DNA of 49,390 nt from contig NC_057718.1 in NCBI RefSeq assembly GCF_004010195.1, forward strand, positions 8,793,181 to 8,842,570, in the 5' to 3' direction. Every line of letters begins with the position of its first letter. The first letter of the stretch is position 1. The DNA comes from Chiloscyllium plagiosum (lineage: Eukaryota). The notes below the pieces were generated by a model that saw nothing but the letters and a program-made list of their open reading frames with translations, ran no database searches and had not been told where the DNA came from. Shown here piece after piece: positions 10,961-22,306 of this stretch. The position numbers were made by a program, and so were the translations under genes.

Positions 10961-11893
10961 ATACAATGCATCATCCTCACAATTTCCAACATTCATGAAC
11001 AGACCCCACCACCAGGGATATATTTCCCTCCCAGCCTTATCTGCTTTCCGCAGAGATCATTTCCTCTGTGATTCCCTCGTTAAGTTCATGTCCCCCACCA
11101 ACCTACCCTCCACTCCCAGCACCTTCTCTTCTCACCACAAGAAGTATAAAATTGACACCCATTAAACCCCCTCATCCCAATCCAAGGCCCTAAAGCATCC
11201 TTCCACATGTAGAAGAGATTTTCCTACACATCCAAGCACCTCATCTACTGTGTCTGTAGCTCTTGATGTGGTCTCCACTACATTGGGGAGACAGGATGCC
11301 AACTTGTGGTACATTTCAGAGAACATCTCCGGGCCACATACCCCAATCAACCCCATCGCCCTATGGCTGAACACTTCAATTCCCCCTCCCACTCCACCAA
11401 GGACATGCAAGTCCTGAACCTGCTCCACCGCCAAATTCTAGCCATCTGACGCTTGGAGAAAGAACACCTCACATTCCACCTTGGGACCCTCCAACTACAC
11501 AGGATTAATGTTGATTTCACCAGTTTTCTGATCTCTCCTCTCCTGACCTTATCCCAGATCCAATCCCCCAACTCAGCACCTCCCTCTTGACCTGTCCTAT
11601 CTGCCCATCTTCCTTTCCACCTATCTGCTCCACCCTCCTCTCCAACCTATCACCTTCACTTCCACCTTCATCCACCTATTGCACTCTCAGCTACCTTCCC
11701 CCCAGCCCCAACCCCCCTCCTATTTATCTTTCCGGACCCTTGCACCCATCTGCCCACCTCACATTCCTGATGAAGAGCTTATGCTCGAAACGGCAACTCT
11801 CCTGCGACTCGGATGATGCCTGACCAGCTGTGCTTTTCCAGCACCACACTTATTGACTCTGAACTCCAGCATCTGCAGTTCTCTCTTTCTCCT
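10961..11893 (+). mobile_element. Penelope-like element, inverted second arm (GIY-YIG region plus terminal repeat)
   Basis: Reverse complement of ~9643-10530; ORFs 11162-11434(-) and 11347-11571(-) mirror 10055-10324(+) and 9918-10142(+). Confidence 0.88.
11763..11796 (+). ncRNA. Minimal type I hammerhead ribozyme motif (PLE-associated)
   Basis: attc-CTGATGA-a-GAGC-ttat-GCTC-GAAA-cggcaa; perfect 4-bp stem II. Confidence 0.7.
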
Positions 11894-12361
11894 AAGTGGT
11901 TGGTTGAGGTGTTGCCATAGAGAATGAACCAGGGAAGTACTGCCTGCATGCACCCCCTCCCATCCACCACTATCACGCTTTTGTTTAACTAATGCTGCTT
12001 TCGCAGAGGTAAAGTCCATGTGTATGAATATCAACACCTTTCAACAAGGACAAATGGGCCACATTGTGAGGAAGACTGTCATCTCAAATTAGTTGTTTAT
12101 GCAATTCCTGACACATTCTGGGTTGGTCAGCAACTGATGTCCAACTGGAGAATCCATTAAATAGTACCTTTCATAGCCTCAGAATTGGGGATGATAAAGG
12201 AGCAGGAGGAATTGGAGAGCACTGAAATTCCTAACAAGCAAATAGATGACCAATAGAGGTTGAAGAGAAATTGAGTGATAACACATTGACTTTGAGGCAA
12301 TGATACAGAGATTATTCTAAAGTACTTTACAGTCAATTCTGTACTTTTGTGGCCTTGTTGC

Positions 12362-12567
12362 TCTGGATGTAGGTTTGCTCACTGAGCTGGAAAGTTCATT
12401 TTCAGACGTTTTGTCACCATGCTAGGTAACATACTATGCTTCGTCCGGAGGCTCACTGAAGATGCTACCTAGTATGGTGACAAAACTTCTGAAATTGAAC
12501 CTTCCAGCTCAGCGAGCAAACCTGCATCCAGAACCTCAACCTGAGCTACAAATCTTCTCAAAACTCA
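12362..12567. mobile_element. Short palindromic PLE-type terminal-repeat insertion (family 3) with hammerhead-like motif
   Basis: ~70-bp inverted arms 12362-12432 and 12462-12532; direct repeat CCTTGTTGCTCTG at 12353-12365 and 12568-12580; CTGAAGA-t-GCTACC-tagtat-GGTGAC-aaaac at 12456-12486. Confidence 0.7.
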
Positions 12568-12659
12568 CCTTGTTGCTCTGTTAGGGAACACAGCAACAAA
12601 TTAACACCTGGTAAGATCCAATAAACAGCACTCTCTAAATTTAAATAATGCTGATTTTG

Positions 12660-12822
12660 CTTTGTTCACCTCCTGTACAGTGAAACTTTGTGTGCCTTGC
12701 TCTGTCTAAGCACCCTATGATCGCTATGTCTTTGTTTGCTATGAGCTGCCTACACTGCTCACAAAACAACACTTTTCACTGTACGTTGGTACATGTGACT
12801 GCAACAAAATCAAAAATCAAAT
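12660..12822 (+). mobile_element. Rex1/Babar 3' tail fragment
   Basis: 'ctgctcacaaaacaacacttttcactgtacgttggtacatgtgac...aaatcaaatc' matches 17880-18038. Confidence 0.75.
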
Positions 12823-12948
12823 CTGATGAAGGGCTTTTGCCCAAAACATCAATTTTCCTGTTCCTTGGATGCTGCCTGACCAGCTGTGCTTTTCCAGCAC
12901 CACTCTGATCTTGACTCTAACCTCCAGTATCTGCAGTACCCACTTCTG
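12823..12948 (+). mobile_element. PLE terminal repeat family 1 with decayed hammerhead motif
   Basis: CTGATGA-a-GGGC-tttt-GCCC-aaaac followed by 'gatgctgcctgaccagctgtgcttttccagcaccac'. Confidence 0.8.
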
Positions 12949-14279
12949 CTGAGTTGGACCGAAGGGTCTGTTTCCGTGCTGTGCATCTCTATAACTCTGT
13001 GACTTTATGACCACCTCACTCCAGTGAAAACCATAACAAACTCAGTGGGACAAAGAATTTAGTACTGAAACAATAATAGGTGTACTGAGTGGCTGAGATG
13101 TAAAATGAGGTGTGTGCATTGATTGAAAAAATGTGTATTATTTCTGAGACATTCACTCATACTAATACAAGAACATCACGCAGATGGTGAAAGCATGTTC
13201 AACAGGTGATAAGTGGAATGTTGAGCATCTCAATAGTTCGGAACGTATTTTACTTCAGAGAACATTTCAGCCAGCTGTTCCTGAAATGGCTGTTAATGCA
13301 CAAAGGTTAATCAAAAATCCATTTTGCTCTTTGCTATGAGATAGACCCTTGTAGGGGGAACCTTTGGTCTCTGGAGTGAAGCCAGCTGGAGAAACAATAG
13401 TTGACTTTGTGGATGGGATGTGAAAAACGATTTTTCCAACGAGACACATAGTCATCATTTGTCCTGAGCTAAGATAAAACATTCCTGTTGAAACTATCCT
13501 TAAAATAGCTACATTTTCTGCTGTTGGAGCATGTCCCATTACTTCTGCCTTTCTGACGCCATCCATTACTTGTTGCAAATTGCCTGATTGCCAGTATTAA
13601 CTCATATTGATATAATGTTGGCCACCTTTCTGCAAAAACAACATTTGTTTTCAGTGTGCATTCAGAGAACAAAGGACCTATGGCTCATTGAATCTCATCT
13701 CGACAGAATAGTGATCCGACTGTGTTTTCGGTGCAGCCTTTGTAATCCAGCTTGATTTATTTCAGGACTGATACCAATAAATTTACACTTCTTAAAAGTA
13801 TTAAGGAATGTGGAGATAGTGCAGAAATTGGTATTGAAGTAGAGGATCAGCCATGATTTCATGGAAGAGCTCAGAACGCTAAATGGTCCACGTCTGCTTG
13901 TCTTCCCTATGTTCCCTGCTCTCTCCTGAAGCATGGTTCCTCATTGAGGCACTGAAGTGTCACCCACATTGGTGGGGTTCAAGGAGAGCATGGCCTTGGG
14001 TCCACAAGAGCATTAGGAAGAGGATGAGACCACTCAGCCCCACCAACCTGTTCTGTCATTAAATCGGATAGTGTATGATCTCCACCGCATCATTTTCCCG
14101 CTTTTGCTCCCTACCACTTGACACTCATATCCGTCATAGTAATCTATCATTCTCACCCTTGTAAGTTCCATAGCCTTTTGGGAGAGATAATCCCAAATTC
14201 CCACGCTCTTTATGATCTCAGGATATCCTAAAGCACTTTACAAGTTATTTTCTTTTCAGTGTCAGCATCGTTATGGAAT

Positions 14280-14885
14280 CATAGAATCTTACAAAGAATA
14301 AACAAAGACCAAAGAAAGTTACAGCACAGGAACAGGCCCTTCGGCCCTCCAAGCCTGCGCTGATCCAGATACTCTATCTAAACCTGTCGCCTATTTTCTA
14401 AGGATCTGTATCCCTCAGCTCCCTGCTCATTCATGTACCTGATCAGGTACATCTTAAGTTGTGCTATCATGCCTGCCTCTACCATCTTCACTGGCAACGT
14501 GTTCCAGGTACCCATCACCCTGCGTGTAAAGAATTTTCCACACATATTTCCCTTAAACATAGGCAAAGTTTTTTCCCTGGGATCGGGGAGTCCAGAACTA
14601 GAGGGCATAGGTTTAGGGTGAGAGGGGAAAGATAAAGAAGATACGTAAGGGGCAACTTTTTCACGCAGAGGGTGGTACGTGCATGGAATGAGCTGCCAGA
14701 GGAAATGGTGGAGCCTGGTACAATTGCAACATTTAAGAGGCATTTGGATGAGTATATGAATAGGAAGGGTTTGGAGGGATATGGGCCGGGTGCTGGCAGG
14801 TGGGACTAGATTGAGCTGGGGTATCTGGTCGGCATGGACAGGTTGGACCGAAGGGTCTGTTTCCATGCTGTACATCTCTATGACT
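14280..14885. mobile_element. Two CR1 3' fragments joined back to back (minus ~14280-14558, plus ~14559-14885)
   Basis: Minus part FKGNMCGKFFTRRVMGTWNTLP; plus part 'ggcaactttttcacgcagagggtggtacgtgcatggaatgagctgcc' ending in the ctctatgact tail. Confidence 0.8.
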
Positions 14886-14899
14886 ATAACTGCAGAGCA

Positions 14900-15850
14900 A
14901 ACATGGATTTACCTTCAAATAGCTGTTCCCAATCCACATTCCCCAGCTCCTGCTGAATTTTGCTATTGTTGGCCTTTCTCCAGTTTAGCACTTTTCCTTT
15001 AGGACCACTCTTGTCTTTGTCCGTGAATATTCTAAAACTTACGGAATTTTGATCTCTATTCCCAAAGTAATCCCCTACTGAAATTTCAAGCGCCTGACCC
15101 GGTCTCATTCCCCAACACCAAGTCCAGTATGGTCCCTTCCTGAGTTGGACTATTCATATTCTGCCTAGAAAACCCTCCTTGATGCTCCTTACAAATTCTG
15201 CTCCATCTAAACCTCTAACACTAAGTAAATCCAAGTCAATGTTGGGAAAATTAAAATCTCCTATCACCACCACCCTGTTGCTCCTAATCTTTCCATAATC
15301 TGTTTACATAGTTGTACCTCTATCTCATGCTCACTGTTGGGAGATCTGTAGTACAGCCCCAACATTGTTACCGTACCCTTCCTATTTCTGAGTTCTGTCC
15401 ACAATGCCTCGTTGGCTCAAGTCCTCCATTGTGCCCTCCTTCAGCACAGCTGTGATATCCTCTCTGACCAGTAATGCAACTCCTCCACCCCTTTTACGTC
15501 CCTCTCTATCCTGCCAGAAGCATTGATATCCTGGGATATTTAGTTGCCAATCATGCCCTTCCCTTGACCAAGTCTCAGTAATAGCAATAACGTCACACTC
15601 CCAGGTACTAATCCAAGCCCTAAGTTAATCTGCCTTACCTACACTTCTCACAGTAAAACAAATACACCACAGACCACCAGTCCCTTTGTATTCGTCATCT
15701 GCTCTCTGCCTACTCTTCCACTTAGTCATGCTGACTTCATTATCTAATTCCTTACAGGCTTTAGTTACTACCTCCTTCCTGCCCACTAATGCCCTCATTT
15801 GGTTCCCATCCTCCTGCCATATCAGTTTAAGCCCTCCCCAAAAGCATTAG
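14900..15850 (-). mobile_element. CR1 ORF2 N-terminal (APE endonuclease) fragment
   Basis: Minus strand encodes LRAWISTWECDVIAITETW..GHDWQLNIPGY, a YYR-P-type motif and a GDFNFPNIDL motif. Confidence 0.8.
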
Positions 15851-16028
15851 CATTCATTCATTCGTTCATTCACTGTACAGTGGGAAAGTAGTACATTCAG
15901 TCAATCGAGTCCACACTCACCCTCCAAAGGGTATCCCACCCAGACCCATCCCCCTACCCTATCCCTATAACCTTGCACTTGCCATGGCTAATCCAGCTTG
16001 CCTACACATCCCCAGAACTACAGGCAAT

Positions 16029-16338
16029 TTAGATTTTAGATGTTTTAGATTACTTACAGTGTGGAAACAGGCCCTTTGGCCCAACAAGTCCACACCGACC
16101 CGCAACCCACCCAGACCCATTCCCATACATCTAACACTACGGGCAATTTAGTGTGGCCAATTCACCTAACCTGCACATTTTTAGACTGTGGGAGGAAACC
16201 GGAGCACCCGGAGGAAACCCACGCAGACACGGCGAGAATGTGCAAACTCCGCACAGTCAGTCGCCTGAGGCGGGAATTGAATCCGGGTCTCTGGCACTGT
16301 GAGGCAGCAGTGCTAACCACTGTGCCACCGTGCCACCC
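16029..16338 (-). mobile_element. HE1-type V-SINE (tRNA-derived), nested in an older HE1-like copy (~15880-16390)
   Basis: GGGTGGCACGGTGGCACAGTGGTTAGCACTGCTGCCTCACAG..GGATTCAATTCCC head, V-domain GGAGTTTGCACATTCTC..GGGTTTCCTCCGGGTGCTCCGGTTTCCTCCCACAGTC, CR1-type tail. Confidence 0.9.
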
Positions 16339-16894
16339 GTTTAGGATGGCCAATCCACCTAACTTGTGTATCTCTGGACTGTGGAAGGAAACTGTCGTAC
16401 CTAAATGAAGGAAAACATGACTCCCAATCTGCGCACAGCAAAATCCTGGAAGCTGCAGTGAGATGAAAGGTCTTGTTATTTGTTTTAATGGAATTGAACA
16501 GGGAAGACACCCCTCCACTTTGAGTATTGCTTTAGAATCTGCTGTATCCACCTGCGAGGGTGGGTGGGGCCTCTGATTAATAGAAGACGGTATTGCATGT
16601 GTACCTCATCTTTACAAGAGTTCAACATTAAGACTCCATGCGCTGTTCATATACAATGTTGTGACTTTGCCTGGTAACTGGTGTACAAACTTCACTCCCA
16701 CAGAACTCAACTGGTTTGTTGCAATATTTGTTTCATAACTTGTGATGTGTTTCACTGCTTTTAATAAACTAACCCACTGAGTCAATTAATCACTAATGAG
16801 TGACTGATTTTTAGATTATTAGCATGACAGATGACACCTTACACTGCGTAGCGTTCCCTCAACGCTGCATTGCAGGATGGGCCTAGATACTCGT

Positions 16895-17285
16895 TTTTAA
16901 ATCAGTCTGTACAGGCGGGTTATTGCACATCTCTGGAGGAGATGGTAATTGAACCCAGGCTCTCCTGGTTCAGAGGTAGGGATACTACCACTATACCACA
17001 CACTCCTTTCATGCCGCTAGTCTTGTGTTTTTAGTGAATGGTGCACTGACTACTGGATCACCACTTCTGCATCAGCACCAGCCATGGTAATGTGGTCAAG
17101 TTCCTTATTGGCATGAATCCACATGTGGCACCTGATACCACTTAATAATTTCTTAAGGGTAGTGCTTTCTCAAGGGTCCTCTTGTGGCACAGTGGTAGTG
17201 TCCCTGAACCAGGAGACCCAGGTTCAAGTCCACCTGCCCAACAGGTGTGTAATCTCATCTGTGAACAGGTTGATTCAGAAAAAAA
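16895..17285. mobile_element. Two divergent short tRNA-like SINE heads, family C (minus ~16895-17000, plus ~17175-17285)
   Basis: 'gtggcacagtggtagtgtccct..gaaccaggagacccaggttcaagtcc' with A/B-box-like motifs; same family as 44900-45215. Confidence 0.55.
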
Positions 17286-17324
17286 GTCACATTTTCTCTC
17301 CAATCTAATTGAGTTACAGATTTA

Positions 17325-17515
17325 AAAAAAAAAGAACTGCTGGAAATCACAAACAAAAACAAAAGTCGCTGGAAAAACTCAGGAGGTCTGGCAACATTTG
17401 AGGAGGGAAAGTAGAGTTAATGCTTTGAGTCCAGCAACCCTGGTCTGAATTCGGATTTCTCTCGACAGATGCTACCAGACCTGCTAAGTTTAAAGCAATT
17501 TCTTTTTTTTTCAGA
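17325..17515. mobile_element. Inverted pair of PLE terminal repeat family 2 fragments
   Basis: 'gctggaaaaactcaggaggtctggcaacat' versus 'gatgctaccagacctgctaagttt'. Confidence 0.55.
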
Positions 17516-17659
17516 CTGATCACTGTAGTTTAGCTTGTAAACATCCTGCATGAAAAGAAGAGCACTGCTCCTTTAAGTGGTCCACCAGGCAGAGTCACAC
17601 ATTAAGAATACCACTTGATAAGAAATGCAAACATATGTCATCAATAAAATGCATAGTCC

Positions 17660-18038
17660 ATCCATGGACTCCATTTACCCATCTCATTGCCGCAGAAAAG
17701 CTGTCAACATCATCAAAGATCCCTCCTAACCCGGTAATGCTCTCCGACAACCTCTTCCGTCAGGCAGAAGATACAGAAGCTTGAACACGTGCACAAACAG
17801 GTTCAAGAACAGCTTCTTCCCTGCTGTTATGAGACTGTTGAATGGACCTCTCTAAATTCAAATAATGTGGATCTTGCTTTGTGCACCTCTTGTACAGCTG
17901 TAACCCTGTATACCTTGCTCTGTCAAGCACCCTCTGCTCTGTATTTCCTTGCTTACTATGATCTGCCTGTACTGCTCGTAAAACAAAACTTTTCACTGTA
18001 ATTAGGTACATGTGACTACAATACATCAAATCAAATCA
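17660..18038 (+). mobile_element. Rex1/Babar 3' fragment
   Basis: Encodes NIIKDPS..LPSGRRYRSLNTCTNRFKNSFFPAVMRLLN; ends in (AAATC)n. Confidence 0.88.
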
Positions 18039-18288
18039 GAAGTGACAAACTGTTGCTTCATATTGCTCTAACTCAGCACACACTTAGTATGAAGAACATC
18101 ACTGCAGTATGCAATTCCTTATGCACCATTATTGCTCATCTGGCAGATGAGGATAATTTCCAAAATGAACATTATTTTGAAGAAATAATGATGTTTAGTT
18201 GCACAGTTCCTCACTGGACATCAGAAAGCACCAAGCTGCTTAACCCTGAAATCATTGCTGTGGCTTGGGATACACAGCAGCCAAATGG

Positions 18289-18620
18289 GAAGGCACCAGC
18301 CTGTGGCATTACTGCTTGACTGTTAATCCAGAGACCCAGGGGCTGGAGATCTGGGTTCGAATCCTGTCATAGCAGAGGGTGGAATTTGAATTCAATAAAA
18401 ATCTGGAATTAAGGGTCTAATGATGACAATGAAGCCATTGCTGATTGCTGTAAAAGTGCATCCAGTTCAGTGGAAACTGCCATCCTTACCTGGTCTGGGC
18501 TGCATGTAACTCCAGAACCACAGCAATGCAGTTGATTCCTAATTGCTTTCATGGTAATTAAAGATGGGCAATAAATGCTGGCCTTGCCAGTGACATGTTG
18601 AACCCATGAATGAATTTTTT
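18289..18620 (+). mobile_element. tRNA-derived SINE family B
   Basis: B-box GGTTCGAATCC at ~18354; 3' end 'gatgggcaataaatgctggcc...atgaatgaat'. Confidence 0.75.
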
Positions 18621-18917
18621 TAAAATTACACACAGCAAGATGCCAGGGACAGTAACATGACAATGGCCTAGTAAATGAACATTAGCAGTGCAGTTAGAGA
18701 GAGAACTTTTCTCCAAGATCCAGGAAAGAACCTCCTGCAGTGGGTGTTGGGGAAGGGTGGGAGGGAGTAGACGTTGTTTTTGAAGTGTTAGCTCCATCAT
18801 TCCTGTGCCTTCTGACTGCCTTGTTTACATTCCTCTCCCTTTTCCACCATCACTGCTCATGGCTTTAATCATCAAGACCAGTAATTCCTGGAAAGACCTT
18901 CTGCACAGACCGTTTCA

Positions 18918-19882
18918 GTCATAGAGTCATAGAGTCATAGAGATGTACAGCATGGAAACAGATGCTTCGGTCCAACCCGTCCTTGCCGACCAGATATCCC
19001 AACCTAATCTAATCCCACCTGTCAGCACCCAGCCCATATCCCTCCAAACCCTTCCTATTCATATCCATCCAAATGCCTTTTAAATGTCGCAATTGTACCA
19101 GCCTCCACCAATTCCTCTGGCAGCTCATTCCATACACATACCACCCTCTGCGTGAAAAAGTTGCCCCTTAGGTCTCTTTTATATCTTTCCCCTCTCACCC
19201 TAAATCTATGCCCTCTAGTTCTGGACTCCCTCACCCCAGGTCTATTTATCCTATCCATGCCCCTCATAATTTTGTAAACCTCTATAAGGGCACCCCTCAG
19301 CCTCCGACGCTCCAGGGAAAACAGCCCCAGCCTGTTCAGCCTCTCCCTGTAGCTCAGATCTTCCAACCCTGGCAACGTCCTTGTAAATCATTTCTGTACC
19401 CTTTCAAGTTTCACAACGTCTTTCCAATAGGAAGGAGACCAGAATTGCACGCAATATTCCAACAGTGGCCTAACCAATGTCCAGGACAGCCGCAACATGA
19501 CTTCCCAACTCCTGTAATCAATACTCTGACCAATAAAGGAAAGCATACCAAACGCCTTCTTCACTATCCTATCTACCTGCGACTCCACTTTCAAGGAGCT
19601 ATGAACCTGCACTCCAAGGTCTCTTTGTTCAGCAACACTCCCTAGGACCTTACCATTAAGTGTATAAGTCCTGCTAAGATTTGCTTTCCCAAAATGCAGC
19701 ACATCACATTTATCTGAATTAAACTCCATCTGCCACTTCTTAGCCCATTGGCCCATCTGGTCCAGATCCTGTTGTAATCTGAGGTAACCCTCTTCGCTGT
19801 CCACTACACCTCCAATTTTGGTGTCATCTGCAAACTTACTAACTGTACCTCTTGTGCTCGCATCCAAATCATTTATGTAAAT
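18918..19882 (-). mobile_element. Young CR1/HER1 LINE, 5'-truncated
   Basis: ORFs 19388-19867 ([32 protein letters not shown]) and 19055-19375; (CTATGACT)n tail. Confidence 0.95.
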
Positions 19883-20157
19883 GACAGTCTTGTCTCCCAG
19901 TCCTTCAGAGACCTTCTCAAACCTCTCTCAGTGGAAATGCTGTCGTGATTCTCCTTCTCCTACATGGTTACTGCTTAACATTCATTCCACCACTCTGCAG
20001 ATCCTTCTGAATTTTTACATGACAGATACACTACATACGAGATGCTACAAACAAACGAGTTGTCAGTGCAGGCTGATGTCTACTGTGACTCAGTGGATGG
20101 ATGGTACTTTCACTTCTCAGTCAGAAAGTTTTGAGATCGAAAGTGACTCCAGTGACT

Positions 20158-20245
20158 TGAAGGGCTTTTGCCCGAAACATCGATTCTCCTGCTCCTCAGA
20201 TGCTCCCTGACCTGCTGTGCTTTTCCAGCACCACTCTAATCTAGA
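20158..20245 (+). mobile_element. PLE terminal repeat family 1 fragment
   Basis: tgaa-GGGC-tttt-GCCC-GAAA-catcgattctcctgctcctcagatgct; 5' core box truncated. Confidence 0.8.
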
Positions 20246-20374
20246 ACAAAATCTAGTCTGACATTCTAGCGAGGTGCTGAGAGAGTGCTGCACTATTCGA
20301 GTTGCTATCTTTCACGTGAAAGTTGAAATCAGGATGGTGTTTGCCATTTCAGATGAATGGAAAAGGTCCCATCG

Positions 20375-20593
20375 CAGTCGGTTCTGCTATAACACACAGT
20401 TCTTCAATGCGAATTGGCAATAACGCGATTGAAGCATTTAGACCATTATTTGTAGAACGTGAATTGTCCATACCAGTATTGGCTATAATATGATTCCAGC
20501 CCCACTAGTTTAAATGGTGCTGCTATTACGCGATTTTCTTATAATACATAGTTGCATAGGAATGGAACTGTCACATTATATCTGAACCGACTG
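20375..20593. mobile_element. Tigger/pogo-like MITE, family B
   Basis: TIRs CAGTCGGTTC..TATAA / TTATA..GAACCGACTG; TA duplication not preserved. Confidence 0.75.
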
Positions 20594-20799
20594 AAGTCAA
20601 ATAACAGCAAGAGTTTCTTCCCTGCACTTTGGACAACATCTATGCCTCAATTAACGTCACAGATAAAGAAAGTATGCAGATTATCTGATCAAGTCTCACC
20701 TTGCTGTTTGTGAGATCTTTCTGTAGACAAATTGGCCACCACTTTTAGACCTCTAAGAAAATAGTTCATGACTCACAACGAAGATATAGCCCCTCCAAA

Positions 20800-20920
20800 A
20801 AAATCCCAAAGGATGCTGGAAATTAAAAACAAATTCAGAAATCTGCTGGAAAAGCTCAGCAGGTCTGGCAGGGGAGAGAACAAAGTGAACCTTTTGGGTC
20901 CAGTGGCCCTTCCTCAGCAC
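20800..20920 (-). mobile_element. PLE terminal repeat family 2 with hammerhead-like motif
   Basis: Minus strand CTGAGGA-a-GGGCC-actg-GACCC-aaaa at 20892-20917. Confidence 0.6.
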
Positions 20921-20937
20921 TGAGTGATATCACAGTG

Positions 20938-21420
20938 AGGAAGATTTACAAGGATGTTGCCAGGATTGGAGGGTTTGAGCTATAGGGAGAGACTGAATAG
21001 GCTAGGGCTATTTTCCCTGGAATGTTGGAGACTGAGGGGTGACCTGATAGAGGTTTATGAAATCACAAGGAGCATGGATAGGGTGAATAGCCAAGGTCTT
21101 TTTTCCCAGGATAAGGAAGACTAAAACTAGAGGTTAAGATTTCAGGTGAGAGGGGGAAAATATAAATGGGACCGAAGAGGCAACTTTCTCATGCAGAGGA
21201 CAATAAGTGTATGGAATGAGCTGCCAAAGGAAGTGGTGGAGGTTGGTACAATTAAAATATTTAAAAGGCATCAGCATATGTATATTAATAGGAAGAGTTT
21301 AGAGGGATATGGACCAAATGCTGTCAAATGGGACTAGATTAATTTGGAATATCTAGTCGGCATAGACGAGTTGGACTGAAGGGTCCTTTTCTGTGCTGTA
21401 CATCTCTATGACCCTAAGAT
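20938..21420 (+). mobile_element. CR1/HER1 LINE 3' fragment
   Basis: RFTRMLPGLEGLSYRERLNRLGLFSLE; ORF 21146-21337; CR1-type tail. Confidence 0.9.
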
Positions 21421-21785
21421 TCTAACCATTCTAGGAAGGGGCTAAACCAATCATGACTAACCAGGGGAATTAAGAATGGGATCAAATTGAAAGGAAAAAA
21501 ATAAACAACATTGCAAAGATTTGTTGTAAGGCAGGGGTTTGAGAAAGTTCTAAACATCTACAAAAGATGGCCAAAAAAAGCAGCAAATAAAGATTGAGGA
21601 TAAAATAAGCAGGTATGATAAAAATGGATAGTAAGAGCTTCTTTGAACATCTAAACAAAAGGAGAGGTCAAAATAGGTCCTTTAGAGAATGGAGCTGTGG
21701 AAATAGTGAAGTGGTTTTTGGAAGTGGCCAAAGCATTGAATAACTACTTTGTATCACTCCTCACAGTCGAATATTTTAAAAATAC

Positions 21786-22000
21786 GGTAAAAGGTAAAGT
21801 TACCACAGGCCTACTCTCTCATTAGAAAGAGAGAGAAAGAGAGGTCACTGGTGGAGAGTTTATCCTGTAGTCACCATGCCTCATGCAAATGGTGAGATTG
21901 AGAAGATGAGACCTTCACAATGACCTCAGTCAGTACAGGAATTGAACCTGCACTGTTGGCACCACAAACCAACTGTCCAGCCAACTCAGCCAAATGACCC
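21786..22000 (-). mobile_element. tRNA-derived SINE family D with ACCTTT-type tail
   Basis: Minus strand 'gggtcatttggctgagttgg..gcaggttcaattcctg' head; ends 'aactttaccttttacc'. Confidence 0.55.
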
Positions 22001-22010
22001 TCAGCAGTCA

Positions 22011-22306
22011 GGGCAGCATGATGGCTCAGTGGTTAGCACTGCTGCCTCACAGCACTAGGGTCTCAGGTTTGATTCCAGCCTTGGGCGACTGTCTATGTGG
22101 AGTTTGCACATTCTCCCTGTGTCTGCGTGAGTTTCCTCGGGTGCTCCAAAGATGTGCGGGTCAGGTGAATTGGCCATGGTAAATTGCCTATAGTGTTAGG
22201 TGCATTAGTCAGAGGGAAATGGGTCTGGGTGGGTTACTCTATGGAGGGTCGGAGTGAACAGGTTGGGCCTAAGGGTCTGTTTCCACACTATAGGGAATCT
22301 AATCTA
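22011..22306 (+). mobile_element. HE1-type V-SINE
   Basis: GGGCAGCATGATGGCTCAGTGGTTAGCACTGCTGCCTCACAG head, V-domain, AATCTAATCTA tail. Confidence 0.9.

Larger units (their letters stand above)
20085..20750 (+). mobile_element. Deu-domain SINE interrupted by a PLE fragment and a MITE
   Basis: tRNA-like head ~20085-20157; Deu core 'gtgctgagagagtgctgcactattcgagttgctatctttc'; tail 'cagattatctgatc..ttgctgtttgtgagatctttctgtagacaaattgg'. Confidence 0.65.

Noticed and set aside
9899..10992. Intact or domesticated RT/GIY-YIG gene
   Set aside because: 5'-truncated before the RT catalytic motif, frameshifted, with substitutions in conserved endonuclease residues
13267..13578. 103-aa ORF in unique sequence
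   Set aside because: No recognisable motif, non-ATG start, and a length expected by chance
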